In this document: piece after piece, positions 46,944 to 56,398 of the stretch
How positions within the stretch are numbered: position 1 is the stretch's first letter
How the letters are laid out: each line of letters begins with the position of its first letter
From: Oligoflexia bacterium
GTDB taxonomy: Bacteria > Bdellovibrionota > UBA1018
Reading direction: 5' to 3'
Assembly (NCBI GenBank): GCA_963758495.1
Contig: CAVWVI010000002.1
Coordinates: forward strand, 1 to 64,000
Length of the DNA stretch: 64,000 bases
The notes under the pieces: generated by a model
Database searches by the model: none
What the model was told of the DNA's origin: nothing
Seen by the model: only the letters and a program-made list of their open reading frames with translations
Made by a program: the position numbers and the translations under genes

Positions 46944-47694
46944 CTTCCATGCATTTGCAAATCAAGTTTTAGATCGTTGTGGCTCTACAAATGACATTGC
47001 TAAGAAGCTTGCGGAAGAAGGGTTCCCTCATGGCACTTGGGTTTCTACAAGAATTCAAGAATCTGGAAGGGGGCGACTCGGGAGAAAATGGGAGTCGGTA
47101 GAAGGTAATTTATTTTTGTCTATCATTGCGAGGATTCATAATAAGGCCCTTTGGAGCTGGGTGCCCTTAACTACTGCGGTAGCCGTAGCAGAATGTCTAG
47201 GTACTCAATTTCCTGAATTTGAAGTTCAGATCAAATGGCCTAATGATCTTTGGGTGAATGGATCAAAATTGGGTGGAATATTATGTGAAGGAGCGAGCAT
47301 GAATTCTAATTCGTATATTATTATTGGATTAGGATTGAATTGCGCCTATTCTCCGCAATGGTTAGATCAAAAGACAACGGATTTGTCCCGAGCTCGTGAA
47401 GGAAAGTTGACCACAGCTGATCAAGTTCGCATTCCAATCATTACAACTCTACTTCAAAAGTTAAATTTTATGATTGAGGTAGGTCCACAAAAAATAGTGG
47501 AAATTTATCAACGCAGGGCTGTTTTTCAGGTTGGTGAAAGAGTTCGGTGGGGAGTTTTTCCTGCCGTGCAATCAGGAGTTGTACAAGGGCTGGGTAGTTC
47601 AGGACAGCTGAGGGTTCAATTATTTTCAGGTAAAATGATAGATCTCTTCGCTGAAGATGTTACTCGGTTAGCATCCGATGAATCTCTTGCTTAA
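46936..47694 (+). CDS. birA: Biotin--protein ligase (no HTH domain)
   Basis: STN, QESGRGRLGRKW, KWPNDL and KLGGIL motifs. Confidence 0.92.
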   Translation: MNNFHAFANQVLDRCGSTNDIAKKLAEEGFPHGTWVSTRIQESGRGRLGRKWESVEGNLFLSIIARIHNKALWSWVPLTTAVAVAECLGTQFPEFEVQIKWPNDLWVNGSKLGGILCEGASMNSNSYIIIGLGLNCAYSPQWLDQKTTDLSRAREGKLTTADQVRIPIITTLLQKLNFMIEVGPQKIVEIYQRRAVFQVGERVRWGVFPAVQSGVVQGLGSSGQLRVQLFSGKMIDLFAEDVTRLASDESLA

Positions 47695-48691
47695 TGATTC
47701 GCTCAGCCACTTCTGGCAAAATCTTTTGCGCCATTCGCTCGAGTGTAATCTGAATTTGTTTCTGAACCATAGTTTCAATCTGCTCTTGAGAAAGTGGAGA
47801 CGTTTTAAAATTTGAAGTTTCCATTTCGGTCATTTCGGTCATTTCGGAAGGATGAGCGATCTGAGAAAGAGGCTCCTCAATTTCAGGTAAAGCCTCAGGT
47901 AAAGAAAGCCGAATGGATTCTGGTGGTCCAGACAGTGGCGGTTCAAAGCGAGAAAGGTTCTCTTGGAATGCCGCTTCAGTTTCAGTTGTTGCTTTAGGAT
48001 CTAGCTCGAACGTGGATCCTCCCTGATCGAGCATATCCGGAAAGGGTTTGATGGAAGGTTCGTTCACACTCCATTGAAAGTCTTCCTCATTAGACATCTG
48101 TAAAGTTGAATCTAAAAGATGTTTAATATCATTAGAATTGTCAAAAGAGCCCTCCGCTTTGGACTCAGTAATATCTTGTCCAGGCTCCCAGAGAGTATTT
48201 GAAGCCTCTGGAGAGGAGAATTGTTCTAGAGATGCCGCAGGAGGTGGCTGCATTTGCAAAGGAGGGTATGAGTCATGAGATGGACTATTGGATTGAATAG
48301 AGGATTGAATCGGTTCTGACCCTTCGCCTAAAGCATCTGTAAGTACTTTTCTTAAATGTGCAGGATCAAATGGCTTGGTCAAACGGCCGTGAAAATGTGT
48401 TGCTTCAGCTTGAGTCTCATCTACTTGTTCAAACGCACTCGACATGAGAATAAATCGGGTATTCTGAAATTCTGAGTGCAAATTGATTTCATTTTTCACT
48501 TCAAATGCCGATTTTCCGGGAAGTGACACATCAATTAAAATAATATCAGGTCTAAAAATAGAAATTTGCTCAATAGTATCATGACCATCTGAAACAGTCT
48601 GAATGACATAGCCCTCATTAGAAAGGGCAAGCCTAATGACTTTTTGGATGGTTAAGCTGTCGTCTGCCACCAATAGTTTTTTACCGAACAT
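47660..48691 (-). CDS. romR: RomR-like polarity response regulator
   Basis: Receiver (LLVADDSLTIQKVI), acidic Pro-rich linker and C-terminal LPEVAERIIKQEI helix; start moved to ATG 48691. Confidence 0.75.
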   Translation of the reverse strand: MFGKKLLVADDSLTIQKVIRLALSNEGYVIQTVSDGHDTIEQISIFRPDIILIDVSLPGKSAFEVKNEINLHSEFQNTRFILMSSAFEQVDETQAEATHFHGRLTKPFDPAHLRKVLTDALGEGSEPIQSSIQSNSPSHDSYPPLQMQPPPAASLEQFSSPEASNTLWEPGQDITESKAEGSFDNSNDIKHLLDSTLQMSNEEDFQWSVNEPSIKPFPDMLDQGGSTFELDPKATTETEAAFQENLSRFEPPLSGPPESIRLSLPEALPEIEEPLSQIAHPSEMTEMTEMETSNFKTSPLSQEQIETMVQKQIQITLERMAQKILPEVAERIIKQEIHRMLTE

Positions 48692-48759
48692 GTTAATTAA
48701 AATTGTGACATCTCCTGAGAGGACTGTAAAGTTTGTAGAATTTTCGGTATAGTAAGAAT

Positions 48760-48922
48760 GCTTCAGGGGCCGATGATTAAACATTTGGACCCTACAGTCA
48801 ATAACCCAGGGGGCTGTCCCTGTGCAGTGGTGTGCATGCCTGGTTTACTAGGAAGCCTAAAGCTGCCAAACGGCGCCCACTTTACTTTCTGGGTTCCAAT
48901 TGACTTCATCGGACTCTGAAGC
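48760..48922 (+). ncRNA. ssrS: 6S RNA
   Basis: Closing stem GCTTCAG..CCGATGA / TCATCGG..CTGAAGC; GGGGGCTGT pairs with ACGGCGCCC; conserved-looking CGGCGCCCAC...GGGTTC; followed by a T-run. Confidence 0.7.
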
Positions 48923-49025
48923 TTTTTTTATCATTTCTTCATTCTTAAATGTGTCAATTGAGTGACAGAGGATCAACTGAGCCCCTTTTTTGACAATCCT
49001 ACTAGACCACTCTATCCTTAATAGT

Positions 49026-49649
49026 ATGAGTCGATCTCAAGAGTTACTCCCGTCTCAGCATGGCTGGCTCCATGAATTGGCAAGAGCCGAAATTCATCCG
49101 GATGCCGAAAAGCTTCTTCAGTTAGGACGTAGTTTTGATCCTCAACAACTTGTAGAAGAAAGCGCGATAGATTTTCTCACGGAACTTCGCGAGGAGTTCA
49201 ATGAACACATACGTGTTTTTAATGCCTATTCTGAAAATGGTCTGAGGTTTCAAGATATCAAAGTATATACAGTGGCGCAGACTGCTGCGGACTTTATGTT
49301 ATTTCGAAACCAAGTTAAACTTATTTTTTCGAATTCAGCGCATGGAGTGCTGCAAATTTCTTTTGCACAACATGTGAGAGGCACGTTGGCTGTAAATGGG
49401 CAAGATCAAACTATTGTTGGAAGTGCGCCCTTAGGTGGCCAGTCTCAAGAGTTACTTGCACAGGTAGGACCATTTAGGGACGTATCTTGGACTTTTCAAG
49501 GTGAGAAAGTGGAGGCTGAGCAGGTTGCTAGGTTTTACTTTGCCGAATTTGCAAAAATCACCCGTGACAACAAACGTTCAAGAGTGGGAAACCAATTGCT
49601 TCTCGATCAAATCAAAGCTCTCCTCCAAGAGAAGGGGCTTGATCTTTAA
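49026..49649 (+). CDS. Hypothetical protein
   Basis: Globular-looking ORF; family not recognised. Confidence 0.65.
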   Translation: MSRSQELLPSQHGWLHELARAEIHPDAEKLLQLGRSFDPQQLVEESAIDFLTELREEFNEHIRVFNAYSENGLRFQDIKVYTVAQTAADFMLFRNQVKLIFSNSAHGVLQISFAQHVRGTLAVNGQDQTIVGSAPLGGQSQELLAQVGPFRDVSWTFQGEKVEAEQVARFYFAEFAKITRDNKRSRVGNQLLLDQIKALLQEKGLDL

Positions 49650-50489
49650 GCTTTCAATGACCTGCGTGGAATTGAGTGAGAAATCAAAAGTAAAATTTTC
49701 AGAGCCGGTTTTTTTCTTTAGAGACGATCCTTTTGGTAAAATAAGACTTGGATCGTAATTGAAGCGTTTGGCAAAATTTTTAGCAAATTCAAAATAAGTG
49801 ATTTTTGTGAGTCCTCCGTAATGAAGTATTCGATTACGAAGTCCAGATTCAATCAATCTGTAAGTGAGTTCGCAGAGACTCTCAATGGGAGCAAAAGAAT
49901 GGAACTCATTAGAACTGATTTCCATGCGAGTTTTGCGTTCCAATCCCATTCTCAGTCGATCAAAAAAAGAAAAATTTTTTCCACAGCTTCTGCCAAAAAT
50001 TGGACTTGATCGCAAGATAATATAATTAAAAGCTTTCGCTCTCACGACGTTTTCTCCACTCAAACTGACTTTACCTAAAGTGCTTCCAGGGAGCGCAGTA
50101 TCTGTTTCGTGATAATTTCCTCGAAATCCATCAAAAATATAAGAGCTAGAAAAATAGATCACTCGAGGTTGTATAATTTCGGCAGTATTAATGAGTGTTG
50201 CAGTTCCGTTCGCATGGAGGCGTTCGGCATCGCGGGGGTTGGCTTCTGCCCATTCTCGACTATGATGCCCTGCGGCATAGATCAGAATGTCAGGTTGTGC
50301 GACCGAAACAACTCTTTTAACCCAATCGCGACTATCTACATTAAAGGGTAGAAAGGTGACCCCTGGTATTTTAAGTGGATGAGTATGATAGGTTGCAAAT
50401 ATTTTATAGCTATCCCGTAATTTAAGAGCTAAGCGAGATCCCAAAAAACCACTTCCACCGATGATGAGTACCGTTTTTGTATTTGCCAC
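49578..50489 (-). CDS. RmlD-like NAD(P)-dependent sugar-nucleotide reductase (SDR)
   Basis: GGSGFLG, SSSYIFDG...YHETD motifs; canonical YxxxK appears altered (LGKVS); GTG start. Confidence 0.75.
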   Translation of the reverse strand: MANTKTVLIIGGSGFLGSRLALKLRDSYKIFATYHTHPLKIPGVTFLPFNVDSRDWVKRVVSVAQPDILIYAAGHHSREWAEANPRDAERLHANGTATLINTAEIIQPRVIYFSSSYIFDGFRGNYHETDTALPGSTLGKVSLSGENVVRAKAFNYIILRSSPIFGRSCGKNFSFFDRLRMGLERKTRMEISSNEFHSFAPIESLCELTYRLIESGLRNRILHYGGLTKITYFEFAKNFAKRFNYDPSLILPKGSSLKKKTGSENFTFDFSLNSTQVIESLKIKPLLLEESFDLIEKQLVSHS

Positions 50490-50523
50490 ATATTGAGTTT
50501 AACCTAGATTTTTAATCCTGGGA

Positions 50524-50555
50524 GGGACTTCCCTGAGTTTTTATAGGGAAGTCCC
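50524..50555 (-). terminator. Hairpin downstream of the flagellin array
   Basis: GGGACTTCCCT-N10-AGGGAAGTCCC perfect 11-bp stem. Confidence 0.55.
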
Positions 50556-50597
50556 AGAGGATAATGTCTTGAGTCAAACTGTTTTCAGTCGCAGGTC

Positions 50598-51431
50598 TTA
50601 ACCAAGCAATTTCAATGCGGTAGACGATGTGTTATTCGAATGGCCTAAAACTGCAATTCCTGATTGCATGAGGATATTGTTTTTAGTCATTTCAGAGACT
50701 TCTTCTGCCATATCTGTGTCTCTAATTCGGCTATTGGCGGCGGCTAAGTTTTCTTCATTAATTGCCTGACTATTAATAGTCGATTGAAGACGATTTTGCA
50801 TTGCGCCAAGATCTGCACGAATACTATTTATTCGAATCAGGGAGTCGTCAATAACCCCCAAGCTAAGCTGCGCTCCCTGTTTGGTTGCGACAGACTCTCC
50901 TCCTAATTTTAAAGTATCCAGAGATGCATCTGATCGCTCTCCATCGAATACGATACGATCAAGAATTGGATTATTTTTAATTCCAACTTGAATTTCAAGA
51001 ATTCCTGCTCGGCCATTGAGGAGGGGGGTCCCATTGAACTCTGTTACATTTGCAAGACGATCAATTTCTTGTTTAAGTGATTGAAATTCTCGATCCGTGA
51101 ATCCACGTTCAGTATCACCTATAGTGTCTGAAGCAGCCTGGATCGCCAATTCACGTAAACGAATTAAAATATTAGATGTTTCGTTTAAGCCCCCTTCTGC
51201 CACTTGTATGAGTGAAATCCCGTCTTGGGCATTTCTTCTCGCCTGCTTGAGACCTCGTAATTGAGAACGTAAATTCTCAGATATCGCAAGTCCTGCGGCA
51301 TCATCCCCGGCATGATTAATTCGACTTCCACTGGCGAGTCTCTCTAAAGATTTATCCAAATTGAGCTTTGTCATTGAAAGTAACCTCTGCCCATTCAGTG
51401 CAGAAGTATTAGTCGCTATTCTCAAACCCAT
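50598..51431 (-). CDS. fliC: Flagellin
   Basis: MGLRIATN, LASGSRIN..GDDAAGLAI, RADLGAMQNRL and SRIRDTDMAEE motifs. Confidence 0.95.
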   Translation of the reverse strand: MGLRIATNTSALNGQRLLSMTKLNLDKSLERLASGSRINHAGDDAAGLAISENLRSQLRGLKQARRNAQDGISLIQVAEGGLNETSNILIRLRELAIQAASDTIGDTERGFTDREFQSLKQEIDRLANVTEFNGTPLLNGRAGILEIQVGIKNNPILDRIVFDGERSDASLDTLKLGGESVATKQGAQLSLGVIDDSLIRINSIRADLGAMQNRLQSTINSQAINEENLAAANSRIRDTDMAEEVSEMTKNNILMQSGIAVLGHSNNTSSTALKLLG

Positions 51432-51597
51432 ATTAGTCTCCGTTCATAAGTCTATCCTCCGTGATAGTTCGCCGTTTTCCTTAAGGGCGATCGGCATCCT
51501 TGCCTAGTTTGACTTCCTCTAAGTGGAATTGATCGTTTGGAACCATCCATACGACTGACTCCACATCCCCATTTAAAAATTTCTCTTACTCATTTCG

Positions 51598-52434
51598 TTA
51601 CCCATTTAATAGTTTAAGCGCGTGGCTATTGGCATTGTTCGCTTGTGACAGAACAGATATTCCAGCTTGCATAAGAATATTTTGTTTTGTCATCTCAGAA
51701 ACTTCTTCTGCCATGTCAGTATCTCGGATTCGACTATTCGCAGTTGAAAGATTTTCATCCGTGATTGAAAGTGTATTAATCGTCGATTGAAGACGATTTT
51801 GCATTGCACCCAAATCTGCACGAATGCTATTAATCCTTACTAATGCGTCATCGATAACGGACAATGAGAGTTGTGAGCCCTGCTTGGTCGCAACAGATTC
51901 TCCGCCTAGCTTTAGAGAGTCCAGTGATGCGTCAGCCCGATCTCCATTGTACACCACTCGATCCAATATAGGATTATTGTGTGTACCGACTTGAATTTCG
52001 AATATGCCCGCTTTGCCGTTCAATAAAGGTGATCCATTGAACGAAGTCACATTCGCAATTCTATCAATTTCCTGTTTAAGAGATTGAAATTCCCGATCTG
52101 CAAATTGCCGTTCAGTATCACCCACGGTATCTGAAGCAGATTGGATCGATAGTTCTCTTAATCTAATGATAATATTTGAAATTTCATTTAACCCCCCTTC
52201 TGAGACTTGAATGAGGGAGACACCGTCCTGAGCATTTCGCTTAGATTGTCTTATCCCTCGTATTTGCGCTCGCAAATTTTCTGATATTGCGAGTCCTGCG
52301 GCATCATCCCCGGCATGATTAATTCGACTCCCGCTCGCAAGTCTCTCCAAAGATTTATCTAAATTAAATTTTGTCGCTGAAAGTAATCTCTGCCCATTGA
52401 GTGCCGAAATATTAGTTGCTATTCTTAATCCCAT
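51598..52434 (-). CDS. fliC: Flagellin
   Basis: Same flagellin N/C motifs; close paralog of 50598-51431. Confidence 0.95.
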   Translation of the reverse strand: MGLRIATNISALNGQRLLSATKFNLDKSLERLASGSRINHAGDDAAGLAISENLRAQIRGIRQSKRNAQDGVSLIQVSEGGLNEISNIIIRLRELSIQSASDTVGDTERQFADREFQSLKQEIDRIANVTSFNGSPLLNGKAGIFEIQVGTHNNPILDRVVYNGDRADASLDSLKLGGESVATKQGSQLSLSVIDDALVRINSIRADLGAMQNRLQSTINTLSITDENLSTANSRIRDTDMAEEVSEMTKQNILMQAGISVLSQANNANSHALKLLNG

Positions 52435-52795
52435 TTTAGCCTCCTGTCATATCTGCTACCCTCCATGAAAGCTCGCCACATCCCTTGTGGCGACGAGCAT
52501 CCGTGCTCAATTAGTTTTGTAGGTTCTGGTTTTCTTAAGGTCATCCACCATAGATGTCTTCAGAAAGACTAGATACCTTACGGTTATTAACTTTTCCTAC
52601 CACTCATCTCAATTTTTCTATTTGTAGAGATGAGCCCTAAAACGCTCTTTGCCTTTCTCACTTATTTTCCTGAGGTTTAGCCCATCCTGCTCGAACCATC
52701 ATGGCCTCACAGGATGAGCCGTAGCCTCTTCCAGGAAACAAGCTCAGGCAACGTGCCTTGGCTTTAGGTTAAACTTTTTTCATACAGTCCTTTCA

Positions 52796-53644
52796 TCAAG
52801 ATCCTCCTTGGCCTAAAAGCCCTAGTGCGGCTTTTGTACTGTTGTTGGCCTGCGTTAAGACAGAAATCCCGGCCTGCATTAAAATTTGATTTTTGGTGAG
52901 TTCAGTTGTTTCTTCTGCCATGTCCATATCACGAATTCGACTCATGGCTGATGACAGGTTCTCACGACTGATCATTAAATTATTCACAATGGATTGAAGA
53001 CGGTTCTGCATCGCTCCAAATTGAGCGCGAATTGCTGTTACGGATTGCAGAGCTTTATCTATAGTTTCTAAGCTATTTTGAGAACTCATTTTGTCGGCTA
53101 CGGTGGTCAGATTAATACCGAGAGCAACCGTGTTCACATCAGCTGCATTGGTATCAAAAAGCCTAAGGCGATCGGTATTGGGATCATTTCGGGTGCCTAC
53201 TTGTATGTCAAAGGAATTAGCTGATCCATTTAAAAGAGGTACATGATTAAATTCTGTAGTGTTGGCGATCCTATCAATTTCTTGTATGAGTTGTTGAAAC
53301 TCAATGTTCATGAAGTTTCGTTCGGTCTGCCCCACGGTGTCAGATGCCGCTTGAACTCCTAGTTCACGCATTCGAACAAGAATATTTGATATTTCCGATA
53401 ATCCCCCTTCAGCAATCTGAACAACCGAAATGCCGTCTTGAGAATTACGTTCTGCTTGACCTAAGCCTTTGATCTGGGCTCGGAGTATTTCAGAGGTTGC
53501 AAGCCCTGCGGCGTCGTCACCTGCATGGTTGATTCGGGAACCTGAACTGAGTCGTTCTAGATTACGATCGAGAGAGCTGCGAGTTGTGCGCAAGTTTCGC
53601 TGAGCTACCAGCGCTGGCACATTTGTATTGATTCGCAGTCCCAT
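52796..53644 (-). CDS. fliC: Flagellin (more divergent paralog)
   Basis: MGLRINTN start at 53644; flagellin N/C motifs. Confidence 0.95.
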   Translation of the reverse strand: MGLRINTNVPALVAQRNLRTTRSSLDRNLERLSSGSRINHAGDDAAGLATSEILRAQIKGLGQAERNSQDGISVVQIAEGGLSEISNILVRMRELGVQAASDTVGQTERNFMNIEFQQLIQEIDRIANTTEFNHVPLLNGSANSFDIQVGTRNDPNTDRLRLFDTNAADVNTVALGINLTTVADKMSSQNSLETIDKALQSVTAIRAQFGAMQNRLQSIVNNLMISRENLSSAMSRIRDMDMAEETTELTKNQILMQAGISVLTQANNSTKAALGLLGQGGS

Positions 53645-53756
53645 ATCCTTCCTCCATGAAGGTCCATCAGCCAATCCTAGGCTGTGGGTTAGCAGGAACG
53701 CTAAATCAAGCCGTCATAGCTTGACTGTGTCTCATTTGATCCTGCTTCCAAGTTAC

Positions 53757-53783
53757 AGATCGGCGTTTCCCGGAAAGTCTTTA
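53757..53783 (-). promoter_or_regulatory. Sigma28 (FliA) promoter of the flagellin array
   Basis: TAAA-N15-GCCGATCT on the minus strand. Confidence 0.75.
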
Positions 53784-53920
53784 GGAAAATGACGTGAATG
53801 TTTTAAAAAAAGCTGCACTTTGTTGCGCGGCGTCAATGACTTTGTTGCCTCGTTGTAATAATTCTATTCTGATCGTAACCACCAGGGACTCCTTAGCTTG
53901 TGCTAAGGTGAGAGGTTTTT

Positions 53921-55846
53921 TTAGTGGGTTGTAACTGGTTTATTTCGCGATACATCAAAAATCTCTACCACTTTCATACGGTTTTTTCGTTTCGCTTCTT
54001 CTAAAGGAGTTAAACCCTTATCGGACTTCTTATTTATATCTGCTCCAGCATTAATCAATTTCTGTACGATCTCTACATCCCCCAAATACGCTGCTATATG
54101 CAGAGGAGTAAAGCCATCATTATTAGATTTGTTTAAATCTGCTTTAGCATCAATCAATTTCTGTACGACTTCGGCATGTCCATTATACGTCGCCACATAC
54201 AGAGGAGTATCACCATCATTGTCAGATTTGTTCAAATCTGCTTTAGCATCAATCAATTTCTGTACGACTTCGGCATGTCCATTATACGCCGCCACACACA
54301 GAGGGGTATCGCCATCATTGTCAGATTTGTTCAAATCTGCTTTAGCATCAATCAATTTCTGTGCAACCTCGGCCTGTCCATTTTTCACCGCATGTGCAAG
54401 AGGTGTAGATCCATCTATATAGTTACCTTTATTTATATCAGCCCCTGCTTTGATTAAACTTTGTAACAATTTAATATTTCCATGAGATGCTGCGAAACAG
54501 AGGGGAGTATATCCATCAGTATTGGGCTTATTTAAATCAACTCGATCGTTGATCAATCTGTTGGCGGCTTCAAAATCTCCCCTATTAATAGCTTTAAACA
54601 GACGGCCTTTTTCCGATCTATTCAAAATCTCTACTACTTGCAAATGGCTATTCTTTTTCGCAATATCTAAAGGAGTAGAACCATTTCTAGACACCCTATT
54701 TAGATCTGCCCCAGCATCAATCAATTTCTGCACAATATCGGTATATCCCATACTTGCCGCATGATACAGAGGAGTAGAGCCATCATCTTCGAATTTGTTA
54801 AAATAGGCTCCAGCATCAATCAATTTCTGTACAATTTCAGCATTCCCCTTAGCGATTGCGAAATAAAGAGGTGTTTCGCCATACGATTCTGGCGTATTTA
54901 TGAGGGTGCCTGCCGCAATCATGGCATCTACGTCGCTTACATCTCCTCTGTCTATTGCGAATCTAAAAAGTGCATAATTTTTTCTCATCAAAAACCGCGC
55001 AAATTCAAGGTCATTGAGCAGGCTTAACTCTGACCTGAGTACTTCATTGGAAAGACCTTTTAGATTTTGTAAAATTTTCCGTGGTATTTCCTGATCCATT
55101 CTAGCTAATAAGGTCACGACCTGAGGCCGTTCTTTATACCTAATGGAACAAACCGTTGAAGCGAATGCGCTGCCATTGTCAATCGCTACTTCCTTACCGT
55201 CATGGATAAGATAATTTTTACCATGACGGTCACAATTTCCAATTAAAAAATCAAAAAATTTAAGTGGTGGACTTTTTATAGACCACCCTCCCCTCCCGTA
55301 CTTGTCATAGGCGCTGATTCCTTCGCTATGAACTTGTAGAGAGCCTCTCACTATTTTGTTTTTATTCGGCAAAAAAAGCTCAACGCCAATGGTTTCTGGA
55401 ACTAAACTAAAACCTAGAAGTTGATCTAACTTATATGCAGCAATTTCGTGCTTGTAGTCATTTCTATACAATCCGTCGTCTGCGTGTTTGAAATAACCAA
55501 TCGGGCCATTCTTGAGCTTTACTTTATATGTATCAGAATTTCCTCGTTGATCCCCAGAGAGAGGATCAATAGATATTATGGAGGAACTCTCTATTTTTCT
55601 AAAATGGTATGGCTCTGTTTTAATTTCATTAAGCGATGAAACAAGTTGCAGAATTTCCGAAGGAACGCCTGTCTCATAGGTACTTACATGAGAGAGATTA
55701 TTGGGTTTTACTTCTGAAGCCTTAACAGTCTCGGTTCGACCTATGCTCTTCGCGGCAGCATAGCTAGTCGATATAAAAATAGTGTTTAAAGCTAGGACAG
55801 AAACTAGTTCCAAAGCAAATAGGGTAGACTTTTTTAAACGGGTCAT
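53921..55846 (-). CDS. Secreted PI3/4-kinase/HipA-like kinase fused to ankyrin repeats
   Basis: Signal peptide; GYFK, HEIAAYKLD, DRHGKNYL and IDNG kinase motifs; many G.TPL..A...G..EIVQKLI..GAD.N repeats. Confidence 0.8.
   Translation of the reverse strand: MTRLKKSTLFALELVSVLALNTIFISTSYAAAKSIGRTETVKASEVKPNNLSHVSTYETGVPSEILQLVSSLNEIKTEPYHFRKIESSSIISIDPLSGDQRGNSDTYKVKLKNGPIGYFKHADDGLYRNDYKHEIAAYKLDQLLGFSLVPETIGVELFLPNKNKIVRGSLQVHSEGISAYDKYGRGGWSIKSPPLKFFDFLIGNCDRHGKNYLIHDGKEVAIDNGSAFASTVCSIRYKERPQVVTLLARMDQEIPRKILQNLKGLSNEVLRSELSLLNDLEFARFLMRKNYALFRFAIDRGDVSDVDAMIAAGTLINTPESYGETPLYFAIAKGNAEIVQKLIDAGAYFNKFEDDGSTPLYHAASMGYTDIVQKLIDAGADLNRVSRNGSTPLDIAKKNSHLQVVEILNRSEKGRLFKAINRGDFEAANRLINDRVDLNKPNTDGYTPLCFAASHGNIKLLQSLIKAGADINKGNYIDGSTPLAHAVKNGQAEVAQKLIDAKADLNKSDNDGDTPLCVAAYNGHAEVVQKLIDAKADLNKSDNDGDTPLYVATYNGHAEVVQKLIDAKADLNKSNNDGFTPLHIAAYLGDVEIVQKLINAGADINKKSDKGLTPLEEAKRKNRMKVVEIFDVSRNKPVTTH
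54047..54385. repeat. Near-identical 99-bp tandem repeats encoding ankyrin units
   Basis: ATCAATTTCTGTACGACTTCGGCATGTCCATTATACG recurs at a 99-bp interval. Confidence 0.85.
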
Positions 55847-55932
55847 AACCGTATATATATTTCGTCAAAAAAACAAAAATCCTTTAGGAAATTCTTAGAA
55901 ATGGCATCAGCGAATACTGGCTGAATTCATAT

Positions 55933-56225
55933 TTAATTCAATATTAAATTTAGATTATTAATATGCGTTATTTCTTTTTGACTTACACCCGCAGTTTTTG
56001 CAAATAAGTGCCAGTCTTTAATGGCGCTATGAACTTGTTTTATGATGGAAGAGGCTTCTCTGATGCCAAAACGTTCCGACACATTCAGCAGGTCGTCCAT
56101 GGTAAAGTCTTTGTATTTCCCATTTACTGACATGAGATGCTGACTCGTCCATTCGCCTTTCGGATTATGAGCAAAAGTGATGTCATAAGCGGGTGCAAGT
56201 TCCCAATGGCTATTTTTTTCAATAG
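55933..56225 (-). pseudogene. hipA: 3' remnant of a HipA-family toxin gene
   Basis: Frame reads ...HWELAPAYDITFAHNPKGEWTSQHLMSVNGK...DWHLFAKTAGV; N-terminal part is missing. Confidence 0.75.
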
Positions 56226-56253
56226 AAATGTGTAATTAGCAATTTAAAATAAA

Positions 56254-56309
56254 TGTCCTATTTAGGACTTTTATCGCTAATATTGGAGTTAAAAGTCCTA
56301 AATAGGACA
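56254..56309. promoter_or_regulatory. 20-bp perfect inverted repeat of two palindromic operator-like sites
   Basis: TGTCCTATTTAGGACTTTTA-N16-TAAAAGTCCTAAATAGGACA. Confidence 0.55.
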
Positions 56310-56398
56310 CTTATTTAAGTGTCTTTAGTATAGCATTGTGCGTAAGTCTAGGAATTAAGGCGTCGGTCTTCGAGGGAGCCCAAGGAGTTAAAGTGATC

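Noticed and set aside
48692..48784. N-terminal extension of the RomR-like ORF
   Set aside because: Overlaps the probable 6S RNA; the receiver domain starts at Met 48691
54047..54385. CRISPR array
   Set aside because: The 99-bp repeats are in-frame ankyrin units with no unique spacers; no cas genes
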